This document shows, one piece after another, positions 33,885 through 41,255 of a stretch of 48,201 nt of DNA. The stretch covers positions 1 through 48,201 of the forward strand of contig JBKJLC010000134.1 of assembly GCA_046597055.1 (NCBI GenBank), read 5' to 3'. Below the pieces are notes generated by a model. That model worked only from the letters and a program-made list of their open reading frames with translations. It did no database searches and was not told the DNA's origin. Position 1 is the first letter of the stretch, and each line of letters opens with the position of its first letter. A program made the translations under genes and the position numbers. The DNA comes from Kofleriaceae bacterium. GTDB taxonomy: Bacteria; Myxococcota_A; Polyangia; Haliangiales; Haliangiaceae.

Positions 33885-34268
33885 CTGAAGCGCGGTCGGA
33901 CACTCCTGGATCGGGTGGCTGAAGCGCGGTCGGACACTCCTGGATCGGGTGGCTGACACCGTTCCGCGGTCGCCGCGCCGGTCTGTCCGGTATCCGGACA
34001 AGCGAACCGGTCACCGCGCGTGGCTGACACCCGAGCGGCCAGGCGTCAGGAAGTTGTGCCAGCTGTTGTAGTCGGCCTCACCCTTCGGCCGGGTGCCTGA
34101 CACCCCCGCTGGGGGCCGGGTGCCTGACACCCCCGCTGGGGGGGGCTGACACCCGCGCTGGGGCGTCGGTTGTAGTCGCGCTCACGCTTCCGCCGGGTGC
34201 CTGACACCGGCGGGGGCCGGGTGCGGCGGGGGCCGGACACCGGCGGGGGCCGGGTGCGGCGGGGGCCG
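33885..34268. repeat. Composite intergenic repeat array (34-, 27-, ~40- and 33-bp units; GGGTG-N5-CACC cores)
   Basis: 34-bp x2 (33885-33952), 17-bp palindrome (33984-34000), 27-bp x2 (34087-34140), ~40-bp imperfect x2 (near 34065 and 34169) and 33-bp x2 (34203-34268). Confidence 0.85.
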
Positions 34269-34297
34269 CAGACGGGCGGTCATGCGAGGATGAGCGC

Positions 34298-34648
34298 ATG
34301 CGGCGACGGGAGTTTCTGGTGCGGTCCGGCGCGGTGCCAGTGGTGCTGTGGGCGGCGGCGTGTGGCGGCGAGGACGCGGCGCCCGATGCCAACGTGCAGA
34401 CGAGCTTCCAGGCGACCAGCCAGGTCGGCGCGTCGGGACACCTGCACGTCCTGACCATCATGTGTGCCGACCTCGGCGGCGGCGACGTGCGCTACGTGAC
34501 CAGCGAGGCCGCCGAGCACACGCACGCACTGACGATGACGCGCGCGGAGCTGGGCGAGCTGGCCGCCAGGCGGACGGTCGCGAAGTCGATCACCGACCAG
34601 GGCCACATGCACGTGTGGACGCTGACGACGCCCGCGACGGCCTGCTGA
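34298..34648 (+). CDS. Small Tat-exported lipoprotein with three HxH motifs (putative metal binding)
   Basis: MRRREFL Tat motif, lipobox AAAC and motifs GHLH, EHTH and GHMH. Confidence 0.75.
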   Translation: MRRREFLVRSGAVPVVLWAAACGGEDAAPDANVQTSFQATSQVGASGHLHVLTIMCADLGGGDVRYVTSEAAEHTHALTMTRAELGELAARRTVAKSITDQGHMHVWTLTTPATAC

Positions 34649-34707
34649 GCCCGAGCCACTTGCGCACGCTCTCGATGCGATCGGAGGCGGTCCCCTTATC
34701 CAGTGGT

Positions 34708-34827
34708 TCTGATCTGAGCCGGCGCGAGGCGCCGTGTCGAGGGCAGACCCGCGGGGTGCGCTGGTTCCTCGACGCGCGGCCCGCCGACCTGCTCGCTGCG
34801 CGAGCCCTGGCTCAGGGTCCCCGGAAC
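34708..34827. repeat. Inverted pair of REP-like elements
   Basis: CTGAGC-[CGGCGC gag GCGCCG]-T-GTCGAGGG followed by the inverted CCTCGAC...GGCTCAGG; shares the 15-mer ACCCGCGGGGTGCGC with 10960-10974. Confidence 0.5.
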
Positions 34828-35381
34828 GTGGTGCGGGGATCCTGAGGAGCGCCTGGGCGGGTCAGGCCGTAGTGGACCTCGTCGCTGACGCTGCCCTTGA
34901 AGTGGTCGGCGGCGGCGGCCACGGCGACCGGCCGGAAGCCGAGGCGGGTGATGAGCGCGACCGAGCGGGTGTTGCGTGTGTCGATCTCCGCGATCACGTC
35001 GGTGACGGCGAGGTCGTCGAACAGGTGTCGGACGACGCGGGCCACGGCCTCGCTGGCCAGGCCGCGGCCGGTGGCGCCGGTGAAAAGCATGTAGGCGATC
35101 AGGGCGCGCTCGCTGGTGACGGTGGCCTGGACCAGGCCGACCGCGGCGCCGTCGTGGCGGAGCGCCCAGTTGAGCCAGCGCTGGGTCTGGTCGGGCGACC
35201 ACCGGCCGGCCTGGCGGGCGAAGCGCGCGCGCAGGGCCTCGACGCTCGCCGGTGGGTCGTCGGGCAGGAAGGTGTAGAGCGCCGGATCCGAGAGGCCGGC
35301 GAACAGCACGTCGGCGTGGCCAGGGAGGATCGGCTCGAGCGCGAGGCGCTCGCTGGTCAGGGCGCGCTGGTCGTCGGTCAC
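34812..35381 (-). CDS. RimJ/RimL-type GNAT acetyltransferase
   Basis: 3' end of the 812-aa ORF: LTSERLALEP, WLNWAL, GRGLASEA and DTRNTRSVALITRLGF. Its GTG start overlaps the pfkA stop. Confidence 0.85.
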   Translation of the reverse strand: MTDDQRALTSERLALEPILPGHADVLFAGLSDPALYTFLPDDPPASVEALRARFARQAGRWSPDQTQRWLNWALRHDGAAVGLVQATVTSERALIAYMLFTGATGRGLASEAVARVVRHLFDDLAVTDVIAEIDTRNTRSVALITRLGFRPVAVAAAADHFKGSVSDEVHYGLTRPGAPQDPRTTFRGP

Positions 35382-36493
35382 ATCAGGAGCGCGTCGCCGA
35401 TGTCGTCGAAGGCGCCGGCGCGCCAGCGGGCGAGCGGGCTGCGGCCGCGCAGCAGGTTCTCGGTCTCGGCCAGCGCCGCGCCGAGGTCGACCAGCCAGCA
35501 GTACGGGTCGGCCGGCGAGCGCGCGCCGATCTCCTCGGGCAGCTCGGTCGGCGGCATCCACGCCGCCATCTTGTGGCTGTCGCCGGCGCACAGCGCGCGG
35601 ACCGCGACGTTGGCGAGGCGGCTGCCGAGCAGACGGTCGAACGCCGAGGGCCGGCCGCCACGCACGACGTGGCCCAGCACGGTGACCCGGGTCTCGATCA
35701 GCGCCGGGTCGGCGTCGGGCACCTGCTCGCGCAGGCGGTCGTCGACCGCGATCTTGAGGCGTTCGATCGGGACCTGCACGCCCTCGGCCTTGATCACGAT
35801 CACCCGCCGGCTCCGGCGCGGGCGCTTGCGCACCGCCATCACGGTGTCGACGATCGCGTCGACCACGCTGGCCTCGTCGCGGCCGGCCTCGGGGAACAGC
35901 GCGAGGTCGGCGCCCGCCGCGATCGCCGAGGTCATCGCCAGGTAGCCGCAGTCGCGGCCCATCACCTCGATGATGAACGTGCGGTCGTGCGCGGTCGCGG
36001 TGTCGGCGATCTTGTCGCACGCCTCGACGATCGTGTTCATCGCGGTGTCGACGCCGATCGACAGGCCGGTCACCCCGATGTCGTTGTCGATCGAGGCCGG
36101 AACGCAGACCACCAGCGGCCCGTCGTCGCCGGCCTCGGTCGGATCGGCGAGCGCCTGGGCGCCGGCCAGCGAGCCGTTGCCGCCGATGACGAGCAGACCG
36201 TCGACCCCGCGCCGGCGCAAGATCGCGCGCGCGCGATCGCGGGTCTCGCGTTGGTGGAACTCCTTCGAGCGCGCGGTGCCGAGGATGGTCCCGCCCTCGC
36301 GCAGGATGTCCTGCACGGTCGTGGGCTCGAGCGGGACGAACGCGTCGTCGAGCAGGCCACGGTAGCCATGCTCGATCCCGACGACGTCGAGCCCGGCACT
36401 CCGGCCGATGATGGTGGCGGCCCGGATGGCCGCGTTCATGCCAGGCGCGTCGCCGCCGCTGGTGAGGATCGCGATACGCTGGGGTCGCCGCAC
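35378..36493 (-). CDS. pfkA: 6-phosphofructokinase (PfkA family)
   Basis: Motifs LTSGGDAPGMNA, GGTILGTAR, IGGNGS, PASIDND, EVMGRDCG and LGHVVRGG. Confidence 0.9.
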   Translation of the reverse strand: MRRPQRIAILTSGGDAPGMNAAIRAATIIGRSAGLDVVGIEHGYRGLLDDAFVPLEPTTVQDILREGGTILGTARSKEFHQRETRDRARAILRRRGVDGLLVIGGNGSLAGAQALADPTEAGDDGPLVVCVPASIDNDIGVTGLSIGVDTAMNTIVEACDKIADTATAHDRTFIIEVMGRDCGYLAMTSAIAAGADLALFPEAGRDEASVVDAIVDTVMAVRKRPRRSRRVIVIKAEGVQVPIERLKIAVDDRLREQVPDADPALIETRVTVLGHVVRGGRPSAFDRLLGSRLANVAVRALCAGDSHKMAAWMPPTELPEEIGARSPADPYCWLVDLGAALAETENLLRGRSPLARWRAGAFDDIGDALLM

Positions 36494-36677
36494 GGCTGGA
36501 ATCTACCTCACTCCCTGGACGCCCGCGGAGCCACCGGCCCCCCACCGACGAGCGACCCGCGGGCGGGCCGAGGCTGGCGCTGATGCGCCGCCGGCCGGGC
36601 GGTTCCGGCCGGAGCCCGTCCACCGAGGTCGCCGCGCCACCTCGCCGCCGGCGATGGCGCGTGGCACAGTCAGGGCG

Positions 36678-37436
36678 ATGACGGTCCGGGTCGAGTGCGC
36701 AGGGCCAGTGACCACGGTCATCCTGGATCGCCGCGAGGTCCGCAACGCCGTCGATCGCCCCACCGCCGAGGCGCTGGCCGCTGCCTTTCGCGACTTCGAG
36801 GCCGACCCCAACGCCCGGGTCGGGGTGCTGGCCGGCGACCACGGGCACTTCTGCGCCGGCGCCGACCTCAAGGCGATCGCGCATGGCCGCGGCAACCGGA
36901 TCGCCCCCGACGGTGACGGGCCGATGGGCCCGAGCCGGATGCTGCTGACCAAGCCGGTGATCGCCGCGGTGAGCGGCTACGCGGTCGCCGGCGGGCTCGA
37001 GCTGGCGCTGTGGTGCGATCTCCGCCTCGCCGACGACGACGCGGTGCTCGGCGTGTTCTGCCGGCGCTGGGGCGTGCCGCTGATCGACGGCGGCACCATC
37101 CGGCTGCCGCGGCTGATCGGGATGTCGCGCGCGCTCGATCTCATCCTGACCGGCCGCGCGGTCGGCGCCGCCGAGGCGCTCGCGATCGGCCTGGTCAATC
37201 GGGTCGTGCCGACCGGCACCGCCCGCGCCGCCGCCGAGCAGCTCGCGCACGAGCTGGCCGCGCTGCCGCAGGGCGCGCTGCTGGGCGATCGGATGAGCGC
37301 GTACGAGCAGTGGGACCTACCGCTCGACCAGGCGCTCGCCAACGAGCTGCGCCACGGGCTGCCGGCGCTGGCCGAGGGCGTCGGCGGCGCGGCGCGCTTC
37401 AGCGGCGGCGCCGGCCGGCACGGAGCCAAGTCATGA
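36678..37436 (+). CDS. Enoyl-CoA hydratase/isomerase (crotonase family)
   Basis: RNAVD, FCAGADL, KPVIAAVSGYAVAGGLELALWCD and GVPLIDGG. Confidence 0.92.
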   Translation: MTVRVECAGPVTTVILDRREVRNAVDRPTAEALAAAFRDFEADPNARVGVLAGDHGHFCAGADLKAIAHGRGNRIAPDGDGPMGPSRMLLTKPVIAAVSGYAVAGGLELALWCDLRLADDDAVLGVFCRRWGVPLIDGGTIRLPRLIGMSRALDLILTGRAVGAAEALAIGLVNRVVPTGTARAAAEQLAHELAALPQGALLGDRMSAYEQWDLPLDQALANELRHGLPALAEGVGGAARFSGGAGRHGAKS

Positions 37437-37762
37437 GGCCGATGCGGGCGATCGCCGGCGGTGCGCTGGCGGCCGCGCTGCTCGGCAGCTGCGTGGTCCG
37501 CTACGTCATGGGCCCGCGCATCACCGGCACCTGCAGCGGCGCGTGCGACCACTACGTCGAGTGCCGCGGCAAGACCAGCGCGGAGGTCCGCGCGGCCTGC
37601 CTGACCGAGTGTCCGCAGGTGTTCGGCGATCGCGAGAGCCTGATGGCGTTCGAGAGCCTGTCTTGCCCCAACACGGTCGAGTTCGTCGAGGGCCCCGACC
37701 GCCGGCCGCCCGGTCAGCCGGGACCGGGCCGCAGCACGGCCGCACCCGCGCGTCGGCGGTAG
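37433..37762 (+). CDS. Small Cys-rich lipoprotein
   Basis: Lipobox LGSC and pattern CxxxC-x5-C...CxxxC...C; ATGA overlap with the crotonase stop. Confidence 0.65.
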   Translation: MRPMRAIAGGALAAALLGSCVVRYVMGPRITGTCSGACDHYVECRGKTSAEVRAACLTECPQVFGDRESLMAFESLSCPNTVEFVEGPDRRPPGQPGPGRSTAAPARRR

Positions 37763-37874
37763 CCGGGATCGCTGCGCCCGAGGCACCGGCGGCTTGCCGT
37801 CGCAGCCGCGCTTCACTAACGTCCGCGCACCGGGCGCCGCCCGGCCCGTCGCCGCCTCAACCAGCGAGATCCTC

Positions 37875-38642
<768 letters not shown>

Positions 38643-38647
38643 CGACG

Positions 38648-39073
38648 CTACTTCGCGAACCCGCGGATCATCGCGACCAGCTCGGTGACCACCGCCGGCT
38701 TGTCGCGCAGGTCCGGCCCCGCCGGCATCATCGGGCTCTTGCCCAGCGCGCCACCGCCCTCGACGATCACGCGCGCGAGGTCAGCGTCGGTCACGGTGGC
38801 CTGCCACGCCGCGTCGGTGTAGTCGCGCGGGGGCGGGTTGATCGACCCTGCGGCCGGGCCATCGCCCTTGCCGGTGGCGCCGTGGCACATCGCGCAGCGG
38901 CTGGCGAACAGCGACCGCGCCTCGGTCGCCACGGCCGCCGCCGGCGCCGCCGCGGCGGTGGCCGCAGCCGGCGGGGTCGGCGGCGCCGCCGCGCCTCGGT
39001 CGTCGCGCTTGCCGCAGCCCGCGCTCGCCAGGACGGTGAGCACGACCGCGGCGAGGACCCGCCCGGCCGCCAT
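38648..39073 (-). CDS. Monoheme c-type cytochrome lipoprotein
   Basis: Lipobox SAGC, CAMCH, GKGDGP and distal Met (SPMMP); TGATG overlap with the upstream gene. Confidence 0.9.
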   Translation of the reverse strand: MAAGRVLAAVVLTVLASAGCGKRDDRGAAAPPTPPAAATAAAAPAAAVATEARSLFASRCAMCHGATGKGDGPAAGSINPPPRDYTDAAWQATVTDADLARVIVEGGGALGKSPMMPAGPDLRDKPAVVTELVAMIRGFAK

Positions 39074-39876
39074 CAGAACAACCAGAACGGGCGGGAGCCC
39101 GCGAACAGCACGTTCGACTCGCCGGCAGTGCGCTCGTCGAGCTCGAGCTCGAGCATCAGGCCACGCAGCACGGTGTCCTTGTGGGGATGGCGCTCGCTGA
39201 CCTCGCCCTCGAGGACCGAGCGGACCTTGCCGACCTCGGAGCAGCCGAGCAGGCCCCAGCGGCAGCGGTACAGCGGCGTGCCCGGCCGCGCGTTGTCGAG
39301 GTTCTCGTAGGGCACGAAGCCGACCGCGACGGTGCCGCCGCGGCCCTTCAGGTAGTACGAGGACGACAGCCGCATGATCACGCCCTTCTGGTCGGCGATG
39401 CTCTGGTCGAGCTCGCGCAGGTGGGCGTCGACCGTCTGCTGGTCGTCGATCGCGGCGGCGCGATCGAGCTCGGCGCGGTCGAGCTCGCGGCGGGGGACCA
39501 CCGCGGCGACGGTCTTGCCGGCCGCCTCGACCACCGGCCGCATGTCGGCGACGAACTTGTCGCTCGCGGCGACCACGCGTCCGAGCCGGGCGATCTCGGC
39601 GGTGGCGCGGGCGCGGTCGACCTCGAGCTGCGTCAGCCGCTGCTCGGCGGTGGACAGCTCGGACGAGGCCTGCATGACCCGCTCGTTGTTGGGCGACAGG
39701 ATCACCGGCCGCACCCAGCTGTTGTCGAAGAAGTAGAAGACGTTGTTGACGAGGTACAGGATCAGCCCGAGCAGGATCGCGCCGAGGGCGACGATCCCGG
39801 CAACCTTGTACACCTTGACGATCAGCGGCTGGATGCTGAGCCGCAAGCGCGGGGGCCGGGAGGCGGTCGTCGACAT
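39073..39876 (-). CDS. Membrane-anchored coiled-coil protein, membrane-fusion-protein (HlyD/Alg44-C)-like
   Basis: One N-terminal TM, a long heptad alpha-hairpin and a C-terminal beta domain (AVGFVPYENLDNARPG...GKVRSV). Confidence 0.6.
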   Translation of the reverse strand: MSTTASRPPRLRLSIQPLIVKVYKVAGIVALGAILLGLILYLVNNVFYFFDNSWVRPVILSPNNERVMQASSELSTAEQRLTQLEVDRARATAEIARLGRVVAASDKFVADMRPVVEAAGKTVAAVVPRRELDRAELDRAAAIDDQQTVDAHLRELDQSIADQKGVIMRLSSSYYLKGRGGTVAVGFVPYENLDNARPGTPLYRCRWGLLGCSEVGKVRSVLEGEVSERHPHKDTVLRGLMLELELDERTAGESNVLFAGSRPFWLF

Positions 39877-39926
39877 CGGGGAGCTAACGTCTATCACGGG
39901 GCCGGCCAGCAAGGCCGGGCAAACCG

Positions 39927-41255
39927 TCACGCCGCGGACGACTCCGCACGGGCGGTAGCCGAGGCCACGCTGGTTGCGCTGGCGACGGTCGCCGACATGG
40001 CGGTGGCCGCCACCGACATGGGCACCGGCAGGGCATCGATGCCGTCATCGCGGTCGCCGTTGCCGACGAGGTCGTCGTGGCTGCGGGTCTCCCAGCTGCC
40101 CGAGTCGAGGGTGAACAGCGCGAGCGGCGTCATCAGCGCGTAGATGACGGGCAGGATCAGCGCCATCGGCACGAACGCCAGCGGGTGCACGCGCTCGATC
40201 TGGAGCTTCTTCGCCTTGTACGAGTAGACCAGCCCGAGCACCGCCGCGAGCAGGATCTGGCGGAAGATCATCTCGAAGACCGTGCCGTGGACGATCGCGT
40301 TCATCAGCAGGGCCGGATACGCGAGCAGCAGGCCGAACAGCGAGAAGTAGTGGACCGCGATCAGCGGGTTGAGGTCCCACACGTGCGACATGCCGCCCGC
40401 GTAGTCGATGATGTTCGAGCGGCGCCAGCGCAGCTGCTGCGAGAAGTAGCCCATGAGCGTGGTCGGCGCGTGGGTCCAGCACACCGCGTCGAGCGTCATG
40501 GTCGTCAGGTAGCCGGCCTTGATGATCTGCCGGGTCAGGAAGCGATCTTCGCCGTACTTGATCTGCACGCCGCAGACGGAGCGCTGCTCGAGGACCGGGT
40601 GCAGCTCGAGCAGCACCGTGCGGCGGTAGGCGGTCAGACAGCCGGACAGGCACATCACCCGCTGGAACGCCCACTCGAGGTTCTTCAGCGAGTGGTAGCC
40701 GAAGAAGTACTTCACCGTCTGCATGCGGGTGAGCCAGTTGTCGTTCTTGTTCCGGACGTCGATCCAGCCACCCACCGCGGCGATCTCCGGCTTGGTGAAG
40801 CGAGCGACCATGTGGCGGACCGCGCCGGTCGAGACCACCACGTCGGAGTCGACCGACACGATGATCTCGGAGCGCGAGGCTCGCACGGCCTTGTTGATCG
40901 AGCGGCGCTTGCCGAGGTTGGTCCGGTTGCGCACGACCCGCAGGCGACCGCCACTGGTGCGCGCGATCGCCATCGCGTGCTGGTAGCTGTCGTCGGTCGA
41001 GCAGTCGTCGATGACCGTGATCTCGAGCTTGTCGTGGGGGTACTCGAGCGCGAGCAGGCTCTCGAGCGTCGACCGGATGTTCTGGCCTTCGTTGAACATC
41101 GGCACGACCACCGTGACGGTCGGCTGCAGCGTGTAGTCGGCGTCGTCAAACACCTTGCGACGCAGGATCTTCAGCGCCACCCCGGCGATGTAGCGGTTGA
41201 AGAACACCACCATGCCGAGCGCTTGCAACAGGAGCAGCAGCAGCGTGTTCAGCAC
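39927..41255 (-). CDS. Processive GT2 glycosyltransferase, NodC/hyaluronan-synthase-like
   Basis: PMFNE, DDCSTD, NLGKR, VDSD, CLSGCLTAYRR, GEDRFLT and QQLRWRRS, with N- and C-terminal TM helices. Confidence 0.88.
   Translation of the reverse strand: MLNTLLLLLLQALGMVVFFNRYIAGVALKILRRKVFDDADYTLQPTVTVVVPMFNEGQNIRSTLESLLALEYPHDKLEITVIDDCSTDDSYQHAMAIARTSGGRLRVVRNRTNLGKRRSINKAVRASRSEIIVSVDSDVVVSTGAVRHMVARFTKPEIAAVGGWIDVRNKNDNWLTRMQTVKYFFGYHSLKNLEWAFQRVMCLSGCLTAYRRTVLLELHPVLEQRSVCGVQIKYGEDRFLTRQIIKAGYLTTMTLDAVCWTHAPTTLMGYFSQQLRWRRSNIIDYAGGMSHVWDLNPLIAVHYFSLFGLLLAYPALLMNAIVHGTVFEMIFRQILLAAVLGLVYSYKAKKLQIERVHPLAFVPMALILPVIYALMTPLALFTLDSGSWETRSHDDLVGNGDRDDGIDALPVPMSVAATAMSATVASATSVASATARAESSAA

Noticed and set aside
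33885..34268. Possible CRISPR array
   Set aside because: Units are directly tandem and of different lengths, with no unique spacers and no cas genes in the window.
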